Positions 49,609 through 61,659 of a stretch of DNA of 64,000 bases are shown piece after piece (position 1 is the stretch's first letter; the number at the start of each line of letters is the position of its first letter). The notes below the pieces were generated by a model. The model worked only from the letters and a program-made list of their open reading frames with translations. It ran no database searches and was not told where the DNA came from. Source of the stretch: Alphaproteobacteria bacterium (lineage in GTDB: Bacteria; Pseudomonadota; Alphaproteobacteria; Sphingomonadales; Kordiimonadaceae); assembly GCA_021774735.1 (NCBI GenBank), contig JAJFIS010000041.1, positions 91,844 to 155,843 of the forward strand, read 5' to 3'. The translations under genes were made by a program, and so were the position numbers.

Positions 49609-50646
49609 TTATGGAATTAATACGATCGCATCCAGCACCTCTTGCCCCGCGCCCATGCCGCCTAGGGTGAACCATTTTCCGTCCAATTTCACCATGCCCC
49701 TATGGTCCATTGAGCTCTGATCACGCTTTGTGCGCAGCACCCATTTATCCGCTTTAAAATCCCATGCAAAAACATGTCCCGTTGGCATGGATGGCACACC
49801 GTCATAGCCAATGCCACTGTAATTATAGGCATTATCTGTGCCGCCGACGAAGACCACTTGCCCCGCTTCTGCAACCCCTGCTCCCGCCATACGGTAATGA
49901 CCTTTGCCGGGCAATTGCGGCAAGCGCCGCCACGTGATGTTGGTCGGGTTACCCTCGTCAATGGTACCCATCCAACCTTCGTTCACCGCGCCAAATTTAC
50001 GCTGGCCTTTATCGTCCTTACCCAGCACGGCAACGCCGTCAGCGATGACGAACTTATTGCCGACAATGCCGCCCGCGTGGCCAAATACGGGGGAGCCGGG
50101 ATAGTCGGTGGCGTTAAACCAGCGCATTTCCTTTGTGTCCAACACCTGCACAGCGCGCACATTGCCCGTGTCATGCCAGCCGCTCACCAGATAGATATAG
50201 CGCTCTTGGTAGCTGAAACTGACCATGTCATCGACCGGCAAGGGCATGTCGGGGGCGCGGGTGTATGTCTTGTCGGTAGGATCAAAAATAAACACTTCGG
50301 GGGTGGATTTCTCACTGCCATCGGCGGCGACCGTATAGCCGCCAAACAGCCAAACTTTACCATTCAGCCCCACGGCTGTTGCAGCTAAGCGACCCTGCGC
50401 CACCGGCACATCCGGCAGGTGCTGCCAAGCTTTGTCGCCGCTCGCAAACATATAGGCCGAACGCGATGTATCACTGTAACTTTTACCGGGCTTTAGGCCA
50501 AGGAAGGAGAAGATATAATCACGGCCACCAACGCTGACATGCGCCACAGCATTATTGGCGATCGGCTCCGGCAATGGGGGAATGTCTTGTGCTGAAACGT
50601 TCAAGCCAGCTAAAAATAGGCAGATCGAAATAAGTAAATTACGCAT
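49609..50646 (-). CDS. Secreted Kelch-repeat beta-propeller protein
   Basis: Signal peptide MRNLLISICLFLAGLNVSA. Repeated GG..xW motifs are typical of Kelch/NanM-like propellers. Confidence 0.7.
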   Translation of the reverse strand: MRNLLISICLFLAGLNVSAQDIPPLPEPIANNAVAHVSVGGRDYIFSFLGLKPGKSYSDTSRSAYMFASGDKAWQHLPDVPVAQGRLAATAVGLNGKVWLFGGYTVAADGSEKSTPEVFIFDPTDKTYTRAPDMPLPVDDMVSFSYQERYIYLVSGWHDTGNVRAVQVLDTKEMRWFNATDYPGSPVFGHAGGIVGNKFVIADGVAVLGKDDKGQRKFGAVNEGWMGTIDEGNPTNITWRRLPQLPGKGHYRMAGAGVAEAGQVVFVGGTDNAYNYSGIGYDGVPSMPTGHVFAWDFKADKWVLRTKRDQSSMDHRGMVKLDGKWFTLGGMGAGQEVLDAIVLIP

Positions 50647-50778
50647 GTTGATATCTCTCCCTGATGTTCAGATGTGACTATCTCACAGCATGCACAAAGA
50701 GCCAAGTTTCAATGTCCGTAATAGCATGGCCCCTCTTCCCTCACGCTAACACCTTCACCTAGGTAACGGAAAAGCAAT

Positions 50779-53700
50779 TCACTCCGCCGCTTCGCCCTCG
50801 CCCTTTTCGGTCATATCTTTCAGCTTACTCGCTACATAGCCAGGGGACCGAGTATAGCGCGCCAGCATGTCATAGAATACCGGCACCACAAACAGCGTCA
50901 ATATGGTGGCGAGCATCACCCCGCCGAACACGACAACACCAATGGTTTGGCGACTGGCAGACCCTGCCCCAAAGGCCATCATCAAGGGCACCGCGCCCAT
51001 AGCTGTTGACATGCCTGTCATCATAATAGGCCTCAGCCTAGTCGCGGAAGCTTGCAACAGAGCATCCCGCTCGCTCAACCCTTCATCGCGCAATTGGTTT
51101 GAAAATTCAACAATCAAAATACCATTTTTAGCCGCTAAACCAATGAGCATTATCATACCCAGTTGACTGTATATATTCAGGCTACTACCGGCCAGATATA
51201 GCCCTAAAACGCCGCCAAGCACCGCAAGCGGCACGGTGACCATAATAACCAGCGGGTGAATGAAACTTTCGAACTGTGCTGCAAGCACTAGGAAAACAAC
51301 AACCAGTGCCAATGCAAAGATGAAATAGATATCACTGCCCGCGTCCAGCAGCTCTCGTGCGGCACCTTTATAGTCCACCATCGTCACTTCTGGCAGTTCT
51401 TCGGTAACAGTTTTCTGCATAAATTCAACGGCTTCACCCAGTGAATAGCCATCAACCATACTGGCAGAAATTGTTAGCGCTCGCACCCGGTTAAAGCGGC
51501 GGAGACCCGGCGCGCCCGATGTCTCGGTTACATTAACAAGGTTATTAAGCGGCACCATGGTACCTGTTCTGGCCGAGCGAACATAAATATTTTCCATATC
51601 CATCGGCTGCATGCGGTCGCTGTCTTGTGCGCGTAAAATAACATCATATTCTTTGCCGTCACGCACATAAGTGGTCACACGGCGCCCCCCCATCATGCTC
51701 TCCAGCGTCCGGCCAATGGTTTGGATCGAAACCCCCAAGTCAGCGGCACGGGTCCGGTCCACTTGCACCCGCAATTGTGGCTGGGTTTCTTTGTAATCAA
51801 AGTCAACATTAGTCAGATTTGGGTTGGTATTAATGATCGGCTCAAGCAGCTCAGCATAGCGGCCAAGGTCAGCATAAGTATCACCGCCAATAACAAATTG
51901 CAGGGCCGACTGGCTTCCCCGCCTAGAGGATAAGCTGCTCCGCTCGATGGGCACCACTTGAGCGCCAGGGATTTTTTCGGCATATATCTTCCGCATTTCC
52001 TCTGCTATTTCGGTGGATGATCGCTCGCGATCTCCCCACCGTTTCAAGATAACAATACCAAAAGTGCGTCCAGCAGAAACTCGAACCAGCAGTTTATGCA
52101 GCTCACCATTCTCTTGCAGGTGCATTGTATTTTCTTCAATTTCTGCTGCACGTTCCTTCGCATAATTATAGCCAGCGCCTTCGGGCATTCTAACAATTAA
52201 GAAAAAAGAGCCACGGTCTTCCATCGGCGCTAGTTCAGATGGAATTTGGCGCATAAGCCCAGCAATAAGGACAAAACAAAGAATTAAGGATCCCACAATC
52301 AGTGGCTTATTATTCAAACAAACCTCAAGAAGCCGCACATACCCCGCCTGCATACGTTTAAATCCACGGTCTAACGCCGCCGCAAAGGCAGGTTTTTTAT
52401 TGCGGCGCCTAACCAGCTTTGAACACAGCATGGGGCACAGGCTCAGGGCAACCAAACTGGAAAATAGCACTGCTGCACTCATGGTGATGGCCAGTTCACC
52501 AAACAGTCGGCCCACATTGCCTGACAAAAACATGATCGGCAAAAATACACTGATCAAAACTAGGGTCGTAGCAATAACAGCAAAACCAACTTGGCGCGCA
52601 CCATTATAGGCAGCTACTAATCCCGGTTCGCCGTCTTCTACCCTGCGATAAATATTTTCCAGCACAACAATGGCATCATCCACCACCAGGCCAATCGCCA
52701 TCACAATACCCAAAAGCGTGATTAAGTTAATCGTCACGCCCGCCACATTCATAACCCAGAAGGTGGCGATAACGCATACTGGCACCGTAATGGCCGGCAC
52801 GATGACTGTTCGCAAGTTACCCAAAAACAAATAAAGCACCAAAACAACCAGCATCATGGCAATAAAGAGCGTACGATATACTTCCGTAATAGCAGAAGAG
52901 ACAAAAACACTGCTGTCAAAATTTATATTCAACGTAATTGTATCAGGTATTGTCTCATTGATACGTCCAACTTCCGCACGGATTTGATTGGCAACATCCA
53001 AAGTGTTAGCCGTTGATTGTTTTTCAATACCAATACCGATGATCGCTTGCCCATTGCCGCGGAATTGCTGGCGGTCACGCTCAGCGCCAAGCTCAACCAG
53101 TGCAACATCCCCTAAGCGGATGAAACCACCATCATTGCCGCGCCCCAACACCAACCCTTTGAAATCATCAGGTTCGCTATATTCACGGTTGATGCGAACA
53201 ATAGTGTCGCGCTTAATAGATTCGATCTTTCCCGCTGGTAGCTCAACATTTTCACGGCGCAGGGCCGCTTCAATGTCTTCCACCGTTACATTGCGGGCGG
53301 CCATTGCTTGCCGGTCCAGATATATCCTAATCGCATATCGCTGCTGGCCAAAAATATTCACCCGTGCAACACCGTCAACCACACTTAAACGATCAACAAT
53401 TACCCGTTCAGCGAAGTCAGTTAGCTCCAGCATATTCAGGTTTGGACTGGTCAGACCAAGATAAATAATAGGCCGGGTGTCTGCGTCTGCCTTGGATACT
53501 TCTGGCGGGTCGGCCTCTTCCGGTAAATTGTTTAAAACACGGCTCACGCGGTCGCGAATGTCATTGGCGGCATCGTCAATGTTGCGGTCCAAGCCAAATT
53601 CAACTGTTATGTTGGAGCGGCCATCGCGGGAAGTAGATTCGACCGTTTTAATGCCCGGCACCCCGGCGATACGGCTTTCAATGATCTGAGTAATACGGGT

Positions 53701-53880
53701 CTCAACAACCGCAGCTGACGCACCAGAATAGCGGGTTGAAATGCCAACAACAGGCGGGTCAACATCAGGGTATTCACGCAGCGACAATTGGTTGAAGCTA
53801 ATGGCACCAAAAGCAACAAGAAGCAGGCTAATAACGGTAGCGAAAACAGGTCGTTTGACCGATACATCCGATAACATCAT
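50779..53880 (-). CDS. RND efflux transporter permease (AcrB/HAE1-like)
   Basis: 1033 aa with 12-TM plus two large periplasmic loops; conserved VVDDAIVVLENI segment. Confidence 0.93.
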   Translation of the reverse strand: MMLSDVSVKRPVFATVISLLLVAFGAISFNQLSLREYPDVDPPVVGISTRYSGASAAVVETRITQIIESRIAGVPGIKTVESTSRDGRSNITVEFGLDRNIDDAANDIRDRVSRVLNNLPEEADPPEVSKADADTRPIIYLGLTSPNLNMLELTDFAERVIVDRLSVVDGVARVNIFGQQRYAIRIYLDRQAMAARNVTVEDIEAALRRENVELPAGKIESIKRDTIVRINREYSEPDDFKGLVLGRGNDGGFIRLGDVALVELGAERDRQQFRGNGQAIIGIGIEKQSTANTLDVANQIRAEVGRINETIPDTITLNINFDSSVFVSSAITEVYRTLFIAMMLVVLVLYLFLGNLRTVIVPAITVPVCVIATFWVMNVAGVTINLITLLGIVMAIGLVVDDAIVVLENIYRRVEDGEPGLVAAYNGARQVGFAVIATTLVLISVFLPIMFLSGNVGRLFGELAITMSAAVLFSSLVALSLCPMLCSKLVRRRNKKPAFAAALDRGFKRMQAGYVRLLEVCLNNKPLIVGSLILCFVLIAGLMRQIPSELAPMEDRGSFFLIVRMPEGAGYNYAKERAAEIEENTMHLQENGELHKLLVRVSAGRTFGIVILKRWGDRERSSTEIAEEMRKIYAEKIPGAQVVPIERSSLSSRRGSQSALQFVIGGDTYADLGRYAELLEPIINTNPNLTNVDFDYKETQPQLRVQVDRTRAADLGVSIQTIGRTLESMMGGRRVTTYVRDGKEYDVILRAQDSDRMQPMDMENIYVRSARTGTMVPLNNLVNVTETSGAPGLRRFNRVRALTISASMVDGYSLGEAVEFMQKTVTEELPEVTMVDYKGAARELLDAGSDIYFIFALALVVVFLVLAAQFESFIHPLVIMVTVPLAVLGGVLGLYLAGSSLNIYSQLGMIMLIGLAAKNGILIVEFSNQLRDEGLSERDALLQASATRLRPIMMTGMSTAMGAVPLMMAFGAGSASRQTIGVVVFGGVMLATILTLFVVPVFYDMLARYTRSPGYVASKLKDMTEKGEGEAAE

Positions 53881-54980
53881 TGCTTTGCTCTTTGCTGTTG
53901 AGGCGCGCTATCATTATTGTTGCCGACGATACGAACTTTCATGCCATCACGGCGCAAACGCAGGGTGCCTTCGGTTACTATATTTTCACCTGCAACTAAG
54001 CCCTCGGCAATTTCTACAATACCCGGCCTGCGAACGCCAAGCTTAACGACCCTGCGGTTGGCTATACTATCATCTCCAATGACAAAAATATAATTCTGGC
54101 CTGCAATCGTCATAAGCGCTTCTTCTGGCACGGCGACACCTGACCATTCCCGGGCCGTCAGGCGCACTGTCATCAGCATGCCCGGACGCAGTTTAAAGTC
54201 AGCGTTGTCCACCTCAGCTCGCACAGTTACCGCGCGGCTAACCCGGTCAATCCGGCTATCGACCGTCTTAACAGTACCTATGAAAATTTCTTCAGGATAA
54301 GCCGAAACCCGAGCTTCAATTTTTTGACCCCGGTGTAACACCGCCAAAAAGCGCTCAGGTGTAGCAAAATCTAGCTTAATTGTGTCAATAGCATCAATGG
54401 TGGTTATTGCTGTACCCGGCGAAACATAACTTCCAATGCTGACCTGCCTCAGCCCCAAAAGCCCATTGAAAGGTGCAACAATTTGCCGATCTGCAAGCCT
54501 TGCCCTAGCTACTTGAATGCGTGAACGTGCCTCTTCAACCCTGCGGGTTGCCGTGTCCAGCGCCGATGTCGATGCATTGCCGCGCTTTACCAGGTCAGCT
54601 ATTCGGTCATATTGCTGTTGAGCTTCGCGCATATTAGCTTCAGCTTCACGGACCTGAGCTTGCTCTTCATCATCGGATAATTTTGCCAGTAAAGTGCCGG
54701 TTTTTACCACATCCCCATCGGTAAAATTAATGGATTTAACAATTTCAGACACTCGCGCCGTAAGCATTACAGATTCGTCAGCATTAGCCGTGCCTATTGC
54801 TTCCACAACGTCAGAGAATTCGGTGGCGGTAACAGTAACCGCACGAACCGTTACAACACGATTGCCGCCGCCATGCATCCTAGGGTCTGTTGTCACCACA
54901 TCAACAGTCAACAGCCACCAGGCTGCCCCTGCCAGTCCAAAAAAAATCACTGTTAAAAAAATCCGACCCCTGGTCATCAT
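53877..54980 (-). CDS. RND efflux periplasmic adaptor (MFP)
   Basis: 367 aa with an N-terminal TM and a coiled-coil/barrel-sandwich pattern. A 4-nt overlap links it to the permease gene. Confidence 0.9.
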   Translation of the reverse strand: MMTRGRIFLTVIFFGLAGAAWWLLTVDVVTTDPRMHGGGNRVVTVRAVTVTATEFSDVVEAIGTANADESVMLTARVSEIVKSINFTDGDVVKTGTLLAKLSDDEEQAQVREAEANMREAQQQYDRIADLVKRGNASTSALDTATRRVEEARSRIQVARARLADRQIVAPFNGLLGLRQVSIGSYVSPGTAITTIDAIDTIKLDFATPERFLAVLHRGQKIEARVSAYPEEIFIGTVKTVDSRIDRVSRAVTVRAEVDNADFKLRPGMLMTVRLTAREWSGVAVPEEALMTIAGQNYIFVIGDDSIANRRVVKLGVRRPGIVEIAEGLVAGENIVTEGTLRLRRDGMKVRIVGNNNDSAPQQQRAKQ

Positions 54981-55073
54981 TACCCAATCACTTTCATATT
55001 ACAGTCATAAAAGGTGTCTGTATTTTCATTCTGGTTAATTTTATACAGCTAGCCATTTCAAGCAAGGCCTATA

Positions 55074-55961
55074 TCATCCAAATATCTGCCGGGCATACAC
55101 AATTAGTTGATCCCCAGCCAGTGCGGCACTACCACTCATGCTATAACGAGGGTGGTATAGCACCACATTGCGCGCATGTATAAAACCTTTCAGCGGGTGC
55201 CAACTGATCCCGGTTTTCCCTTCAACCAAAGCCCGTGGCACCACGGTGCCGCCAATACCGGCTGCAACCATATCCAGAGCCCTATCGTCATTTGGGGTAC
55301 GGTAAACCAGTCGCGGTCTAATGTTACGGTCGGTAAAATAGCGGCTTGTTTCGCTTAATACTTCGCAGCGGCTGCGCACCACCATGGGACAATCAGCCAA
55401 ATCAGCGACAGAAATTTCAGCGCCCGAAACATGACCTGTTGTGCTCGGCAGAACAAAAACATAGCCTTCTGTCATCAGAAGCGTCATGCGATCAGCCTCT
55501 ATTGGGCCGCGCTCCAGTGAAATCGAAAAATCAATGGCACGCTCGTCCAGCCGATTGCGTAACTCTTGCTCGCTGCCATCTTCAATTTCAAAGGCCAAAT
55601 CGGGCATTTGCTGTCGCATATCTGTGACAATTTTTTTTACCAGACCCGCAGATACTGTAGACAATACCCCAAGGCGCAGCAATGGTCGTGATTGCGCTTC
55701 TTTCATTTCCATGACAGCAATGTTACATTCATGAAATATAGCTTTTGCGCGGGGCATAAAACGACCGCCTGCATCGGTCAGGAAAACACGCTTATTGGTA
55801 CGCTCGAACAATTGCTGGCCTATTTGCATTTCTAATTTTTTTATGCCCGCTGACAGTGTTGGTTGCGTGACCGAGCATTGATCCGCTGCACGGGTGAAGT
55901 TGCCCGTTTCAACAACGGCCAAAAAATACCGTAATAAATATAGATCAATCATAGACACCAT
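55074..55961 (-). CDS. LysR family transcriptional regulator
   Basis: N-terminal [38 protein letters not shown]. It is divergent from the leucine catabolism cluster. The start may be ATG 55952. Confidence 0.9.
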   Translation of the reverse strand: MVSMIDLYLLRYFLAVVETGNFTRAADQCSVTQPTLSAGIKKLEMQIGQQLFERTNKRVFLTDAGGRFMPRAKAIFHECNIAVMEMKEAQSRPLLRLGVLSTVSAGLVKKIVTDMRQQMPDLAFEIEDGSEQELRNRLDERAIDFSISLERGPIEADRMTLLMTEGYVFVLPSTTGHVSGAEISVADLADCPMVVRSRCEVLSETSRYFTDRNIRPRLVYRTPNDDRALDMVAAGIGGTVVPRALVEGKTGISWHPLKGFIHARNVVLYHPRYSMSGSAALAGDQLIVYARQIFG

Positions 55962-55976
55962 CTATTGTTTTAATAG
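55962..55976. promoter_or_regulatory. LysR-type T-N11-A palindrome CTATT-GTTTT-AATAG
   Basis: A 5-5-5 inverted repeat read directly from the sequence, in the LysR / mccB divergent region. Confidence 0.45.
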
Positions 55977-56062
55977 TATATATCGATTTTACCTATAGCA
56001 AACAGTTGCCTAATATGCCAGCTAATTGCATTGCCAATATTACACCAATCAAAGGGGTATCT

Positions 56063-57670
56063 ATGTCGGTTCTTGAAAGCCAGACCCAGACGACATCCGA
56101 TCAATTCATGGTAAACGCGGCCTCCATGCAGGCCATTGTTGATGATTTGCGCGATAAAGCGACCCAAATTGCCTTGGGCGGACCTGAGCGTTCCCGCGAT
56201 AAACATTTGGCGAGGGGCAAGCTTTTACCCCGCGAACGTATTGAGCGCCTGCTAGACCCCGGCACCCCATTTATGGAGCTTAGCCAATTTGCCGCTTACG
56301 ATATGTATGGCGGCAGCATTAATGCGGGTGGTATCATCACAGGTGTTGGGCGGGTTTCTGGCGTTGAGTGTGTCATTGTCTGCAACGATGCCACGGTCAA
56401 GGGCGGTACCTACTTCCCTATTACGGTGAAGAAACATTTGCGCGCTCAAGAAATCGCGATGGAAAACCACTTGCCCTGTATTTATTTGGTCGATAGTGGC
56501 GGTGCCAACCTACCCAACCAAGATGAAGTATTTCCTGACCGGGAGCATTTTGGCCGTATATTTTATAATCAAGCGCAGATGTCATCGATGGGCATACCCC
56601 AAATCGCCGTTGTTATGGGTAGCTGCACTGCGGGCGGGGCCTATGTTCCTGCCATGGCTGATGAGAGCATTATTGTTCAAAACCAAGGCACGATCTTTCT
56701 GGCCGGCCCACCACTGGTAAAGGCCGCAACGGGCGAGGAAGTAACCGCAGAGGAGCTTGGCGGCGGTGACGTACATGCCCGCCTTAGCGGCGTTGTTGAC
56801 CATTTAGCTCGTGATGACAGCCACGCACTGGCCATTGCCAGACGTATTGTCAGCAATTTAAATCGCCAGAAAAATACCAAGCTGAAGCTACAAAAGTCAG
56901 TTGAGCCTAAATATTCTGCAAAAGAAATATATGGCATCATTCCGAAAGACACGCGTCAACCTTATGATATCCGCGAAATAATCGCTCGCATTGTTGATGC
57001 TAGTGTCTTTGACGAATTTAAAAAGCTTTACGGCGAGACCTTGATCACCGGCTTTGCCCATATCCACGGTCATCCGGTGGGTATTATCGCTAATAATGGC
57101 GTTCTGTTCAGTGAGAGCGCCTTGAAAGGTGCTCATTTTGTTGAGCTTTGCGCCCAGCGCGGCATTCCACTGGTTTTCTTACAGAACATCACCGGCTTCA
57201 TGGTTGGCCGCAAATATGAAAATGGCGGCATAGCCCGCGACGGTGCCAAAATGGTAACGGCGGTTGCCTGTGCCAATGTGCCAAAGTTCACCGTTATCGT
57301 CGGCGGTAGTTTTGGCGCGGGCAATTACGGCATGTGCGGACGTGCTTTCCAGCCCCGCTTCCTTTGGATGTGGCCGGGTGCCCGCATTTCTGTTATGGGC
57401 GGCGAACAAGCGGCTAGCGTTCTTGCCACCGTTAAGCGTGACGGCTTAGCCCTGCGCGGTGAAAGTTGGAGCGAAGCTGACGAAGAAGCTTTCAAGGTCC
57501 CCATTCGTGACCAATATGAAGCGCAGGGCCATCCTTATTATGCCAGCGCCCGGCTATGGGATGACGGCATCATTGACCCTGCTGATACCCGACGCGTGCT
57601 TGGCCTCGGCCTATCCGCCGCCATGAATGCCCCCGAGCGCGATACCCGCTTCGGTATCTTTAGAATGTGA
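56063..57670 (+). CDS. mccB: Methylcrotonoyl-CoA carboxylase carboxyltransferase (beta) subunit
   Basis: Acyl-CoA carboxyltransferase family with high similarity to the LiuB/MccB pattern. ATG 56063 follows AAAGGGG. Confidence 0.9.
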   Translation: MSVLESQTQTTSDQFMVNAASMQAIVDDLRDKATQIALGGPERSRDKHLARGKLLPRERIERLLDPGTPFMELSQFAAYDMYGGSINAGGIITGVGRVSGVECVIVCNDATVKGGTYFPITVKKHLRAQEIAMENHLPCIYLVDSGGANLPNQDEVFPDREHFGRIFYNQAQMSSMGIPQIAVVMGSCTAGGAYVPAMADESIIVQNQGTIFLAGPPLVKAATGEEVTAEELGGGDVHARLSGVVDHLARDDSHALAIARRIVSNLNRQKNTKLKLQKSVEPKYSAKEIYGIIPKDTRQPYDIREIIARIVDASVFDEFKKLYGETLITGFAHIHGHPVGIIANNGVLFSESALKGAHFVELCAQRGIPLVFLQNITGFMVGRKYENGGIARDGAKMVTAVACANVPKFTVIVGGSFGAGNYGMCGRAFQPRFLWMWPGARISVMGGEQAASVLATVKRDGLALRGESWSEADEEAFKVPIRDQYEAQGHPYYASARLWDDGIIDPADTRRVLGLGLSAAMNAPERDTRFGIFRM

Positions 57671-57684
57671 TGGAGGGTAAGCAA

Positions 57685-58482
57685 ATGAAACATTTAATTC
57701 TTGATATCTCAAACAATGGTGTTGCTACCGTCACCATTAACCGGCCTGAAGTTCACGGGGCCTTTAATGACCAAATGATCGCCGAGATGACAGTTTGCTT
57801 CTCTGATTTAGCGGATGACGATACAGCCCGGGTCATTATATTGACCAGTGAAGGCAAAAGCTTTTCAGCCGGTGCTGACCTCAATTGGATGAAAGCCGCA
57901 GCTGAGTATAGCCACGCAGACAATATGGCCGATGCTATGCGTCTATCCGACATGTTTAATGTCATTAACAACAGCCCAAAGCCGGTTATTGGCCTTGTGA
58001 GCGGCGCGGCCTTTGGCGGTGGCGTTGGCCTTACTGCCGTATGCGATATGGCAGTGGCGGTTGAGCGCGCTATTTTTTGCCTGTCCGAAGTGCGTCTTGG
58101 CCTTTCCCCCGCCACCATATCGCCTTTTGTACTCGCGAAGATCGGCGAAGGCCAAGCAAGGCGATATTTCCTAACTGCGGAACGTTTCAGTGCAATTGAC
58201 GCCAAGCGCATAGGCCTAATCCATGAAACCGCTAAAGACATGGATGAGGCAAATAACATTGTTGAAACTTGGGTCAATGCCCTGCTTCATGGGGCTCCGG
58301 GAGCCATTGCGGGTGCAAAAGCTATGGCGCAAGATTTTGCTGGTCAGCCAATCAGTGATGATCTCCGCCGAGACAGCGCCAACCGCATTGCTGATAGGCG
58401 CACGAGCGTCGAGGGTGAAGCAGGCATTAAAGCTTTCCTCACGAAGAGCACTCCAGCATGGAGCAAAAACAATGGCGAATAA
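57685..58482 (+). CDS. liuC: Enoyl-CoA hydratase family, methylglutaconyl-CoA hydratase-like
   Basis: Crotonase motifs FSAGADLNWM and GAAFGGGVGL. ATG 57685 follows GGAGG. Confidence 0.85.
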   Translation: MKHLILDISNNGVATVTINRPEVHGAFNDQMIAEMTVCFSDLADDDTARVIILTSEGKSFSAGADLNWMKAAAEYSHADNMADAMRLSDMFNVINNSPKPVIGLVSGAAFGGGVGLTAVCDMAVAVERAIFCLSEVRLGLSPATISPFVLAKIGEGQARRYFLTAERFSAIDAKRIGLIHETAKDMDEANNIVETWVNALLHGAPGAIAGAKAMAQDFAGQPISDDLRRDSANRIADRRTSVEGEAGIKAFLTKSTPAWSKNNGE

Positions 58483-60460
58483 GCGCATAAAAACGCTGCT
58501 GATTGCCAACCGCGGTGAAATTGCCGTTCGGGTGATCAAAACAGCAAAGCGCATGGGCATTCGCACTGTCGCTGTTTACTCGGACGTTGATGCCACCGCC
58601 ATGCATGTTGCCGCCGCTGACGAAGCCATTCATATTGGCCCTGCGGCTGCCAGTGAAAGCTATCTTATTGGCTCTCGCATCATTGAAGCGGCCAAAAACA
58701 GTGGCGCGGATGCTATCCACCCCGGCTATGGCTTTCTATCTGAAAACCCTGCTTTTGCACGGGACTGCGCCGATGCGGGCATTATATTCGTTGGCCCCAC
58801 GCCTGAAGCGATGGAAGCCATGGCACTGAAGGATGCTGCCAAAGCCCTGATGGTTGAAGCCGGCGTCCCCGTTGTGCCCGGATACCATGAAGCTAGCCAA
58901 GAGCTAGATACCTTGCGCAATGCCGCTTCAGACATTGGTTACCCTGTGCTGATAAAAGCCGTTGCAGGTGGTGGTGGTAAAGGTATGCGCAGTGTCGCAG
59001 GCCCCGATGCCTTTGATGATGCCTTGGGTTCTGCCCGCCGTGAAGCCAAAAACGCTTTTGGTGACGACCGGGTACTGATTGAGAAACTGATTGAAATCCC
59101 CCGCCATATTGAAGTGCAGGTGTTCGGCGACAATCACGGCGGGGCCGTGCATTTGTTCGAGCGCGATTGCAGCCTGCAACGCCGCCACCAAAAAGTAATT
59201 GAAGAGGCCCCTGCCCCCGGCATTAGCGGTGCCATGCGCGCTGAACTTGGTGCCGCAGCCGTTCGCGCCGCCAAAGCCATCGGCTATAGCGGGGCTGGCA
59301 CCATTGAATTCATCGTTGATGTTTCCGGCGGCAGTGAAAACGCACCCTTTTACTTCATGGAAATGAACACCCGTTTGCAGGTGGAACATCCGGTAACAGA
59401 AAATGTCACAGGGCAAGACCTGGTTGAATGGCAATTAAGGATCGCTGCAGGTGAACCCCTGCCACTCTTGCAGAGCGATATTAAACTTTCAGGCCATGCG
59501 TTTGAAGTACGTCTATACGCCGAAGACCCAAAAAATAATTTCATGCCTGCAACTGGCACTATTAGCAAATTCACCCTGTCGGATGCCCCTGGCGCGCGCT
59601 CAGATTGCGGGGTTCGCACCGGTGATGCTGTTACCATCCACTATGATCCGATGATAGCTAAGCTGATAAGTTATGGGCCTGACCGCAACCAAGCGAGAGC
59701 GGCAATGGTTCGCCAACTGCAAAAAACCAGTGTGCTGGGCCTTACCACCAACCGCGATTTTTTGCTGAAAGCTATCGAGCATCCAGAGTTTGCTACGGGT
59801 GCTTTTGACACAGGCTTTATTGAGCGCCATATGGAGACGTTAAATCCCCCTATAGTAGGTAACGCAGAGGCCTATGCTATCGCCGCGAGCTTGATCATCT
59901 CCACTAGGGATATAGAGACTGATTTGGACCCATGGGGGGTAAGCGATTGTTTTCGCTTAAACCTTCCTGCCAGAGAAACGTTGCACTTCAAAGATAGTGA
60001 AGGCGAAGCACTTGCGGTTACGGTTGACCATGGCTCAACATCTGCCCGATATACCATCATTGATGAAACATTCGATATTATAGCCAACAACGAACAAATA
60101 ATCATCGATGGGCACCAAGTTTCAATAGCCTCCTCCATTAGTGACGACATGGTTGAATTTTCCACGCCGGATACCATCCACCGCATTGCGCGCCATCACA
60201 TGCGCTTAGAAGGGGCGGATGACAGTGACGGCCCCGGTGCCCTGACCGCGCCCATGCCCGGCAAAATATTGGATGTGTTGGTCAAGAGCGGCGACCATGT
60301 CTCCAAAGGCGCTTCCCTTATAATTATGGAAGCCATGAAAATGGAGCAAACCTTGGTTGCTGGCCGCGACGGTGCCGTGGAAGACCTTAGCCTTTCAGTA
60401 GGTGATCAGGTCAGTGAAGGCACTCTTTTGCTAACGATAACAGACAATAAAAACGAATAA
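58472..60460 (+). CDS. mccA: Methylcrotonoyl-CoA carboxylase biotin carboxylase/BCCP (alpha) subunit
   Basis: Starts MANKRIKTLLIANRGEIAVRVIKTA (ATG 58472). It has an ATP-grasp biotin carboxylase domain and a C-terminal EAMKME biotinylation motif. The track ORF start at 58223 is an upstream extension. Confidence 0.92.
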   Translation: MANKRIKTLLIANRGEIAVRVIKTAKRMGIRTVAVYSDVDATAMHVAAADEAIHIGPAAASESYLIGSRIIEAAKNSGADAIHPGYGFLSENPAFARDCADAGIIFVGPTPEAMEAMALKDAAKALMVEAGVPVVPGYHEASQELDTLRNAASDIGYPVLIKAVAGGGGKGMRSVAGPDAFDDALGSARREAKNAFGDDRVLIEKLIEIPRHIEVQVFGDNHGGAVHLFERDCSLQRRHQKVIEEAPAPGISGAMRAELGAAAVRAAKAIGYSGAGTIEFIVDVSGGSENAPFYFMEMNTRLQVEHPVTENVTGQDLVEWQLRIAAGEPLPLLQSDIKLSGHAFEVRLYAEDPKNNFMPATGTISKFTLSDAPGARSDCGVRTGDAVTIHYDPMIAKLISYGPDRNQARAAMVRQLQKTSVLGLTTNRDFLLKAIEHPEFATGAFDTGFIERHMETLNPPIVGNAEAYAIAASLIISTRDIETDLDPWGVSDCFRLNLPARETLHFKDSEGEALAVTVDHGSTSARYTIIDETFDIIANNEQIIIDGHQVSIASSISDDMVEFSTPDTIHRIARHHMRLEGADDSDGPGALTAPMPGKILDVLVKSGDHVSKGASLIIMEAMKMEQTLVAGRDGAVEDLSLSVGDQVSEGTLLLTITDNKNE

Positions 60461-60492
60461 ATAATAAGAACGAAAAAAAGTAGGACAGAATA

Positions 60493-61659
60493 ATGCTTGA
60501 GTTCCCCCATTTAAACTTCGCCTTGGGCGAAGAAATTGACATGCTGCGCGATATGGTGCGCAAATTTGCAGAAGCTGAAATAGCCCCACGCGCCGCCGAG
60601 ATTGATGAAAAAAATCTTTTTCCCACCGACCTATGGCAAAAAATGGGAGAGATGGGCTTGCTCGGCATTACGGCACCAGAGGAATATGGCGGGGCCAATA
60701 TGGGCTACCTCGCGCATGTTGTGGCGATGGAGGAAATATCCCGCGCTTCGGCTTCGGTTGGCCTTAGTTATGGTGCCCATTCGAACCTATGCATCAACCA
60801 AATTGTGCGGCATGCAACTTCAGCGCAAAAAGAGAAATATTTGCCCAAACTTATCAGCGGCGAACATGTGGGGGCACTGGCTATGTCAGAGCCTAGTGCT
60901 GGCTCAGACGTTGTTTCCATGCGCCTTAAAGCCGACAAACGTAATGATGGCTTTCTGCTCAACGGCAATAAAATGTGGATCACTAATGGACCCGATGCCA
61001 GCACATTAGTTGTCTACGCCAAAACCAATACAGACGCTGGCCCGCATGGCATAACTGCCTTCTTCATTGAAAAGGACATGCCCGGATTTTCGACCGCGCA
61101 GAAGCTCGATAAGCTCGGCATGCGCGGCTCTAACACATGCGAGCTGGTTTTTGAAGATTGCTTTGTGCCTTACGATAATATTTTGGGCGAAGAGAACGGC
61201 GGCGTAAAAGTGCTGATGTCGGGCTTAGACTATGAACGTGTTGTGCTGTCTGCAGGGCCACTTGGCATTATGCGCGCCTGTCTTGATGTGGTTCTGCCCT
61301 ATGTGCATGAGCGCGAACAATTTGGCAAGCCCATTGGTACCTTCCAGCTAATGCAGGGCAAACTTGCCGACATGTACAGCACATGGGGCGCAGCACGGGC
61401 CTATGTATATGCGGTGGCTGCCGCCTGTGACCGGGGCGAGACAACCCGCAAAGATGCCGCTGGCTGTATTCTTTTTGCCTCTGAAAGAGCAACCCAAATG
61501 GCACTGGAAGCTATTCAATGCCTGGGCGGCAATGGCTATATCAATGAATTTGCTTCAGGGCGCTTGTTGCGCGATGCAAAGCTCTATGAAATTGGTGCTG
61601 GCACCAGCGAAATTCGGCGCATGCTAATTGGCCGTGAGCTCTTCAATGAAACCTGTTAG
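60493..61659 (+). CDS. ivd: Isovaleryl-CoA dehydrogenase
   Basis: 388-aa acyl-CoA dehydrogenase with an IVD-like pattern, located within the liu cluster. Confidence 0.9.
   Translation: MLEFPHLNFALGEEIDMLRDMVRKFAEAEIAPRAAEIDEKNLFPTDLWQKMGEMGLLGITAPEEYGGANMGYLAHVVAMEEISRASASVGLSYGAHSNLCINQIVRHATSAQKEKYLPKLISGEHVGALAMSEPSAGSDVVSMRLKADKRNDGFLLNGNKMWITNGPDASTLVVYAKTNTDAGPHGITAFFIEKDMPGFSTAQKLDKLGMRGSNTCELVFEDCFVPYDNILGEENGGVKVLMSGLDYERVVLSAGPLGIMRACLDVVLPYVHEREQFGKPIGTFQLMQGKLADMYSTWGAARAYVYAVAAACDRGETTRKDAAGCILFASERATQMALEAIQCLGGNGYINEFASGRLLRDAKLYEIGAGTSEIRRMLIGRELFNETC

Noticed and set aside
58223-58471. Upstream extensions of track ORFs (mccA from 58223, nnrU from 39064, tolB to 41211, ruvA to 45443, MTase to 49506, DUF1326 to 29864)
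   Set aside because: The extensions overlap upstream genes or lack family similarity. Internal starts have Shine-Dalgarno-like sequences and match the canonical N-termini of the families.
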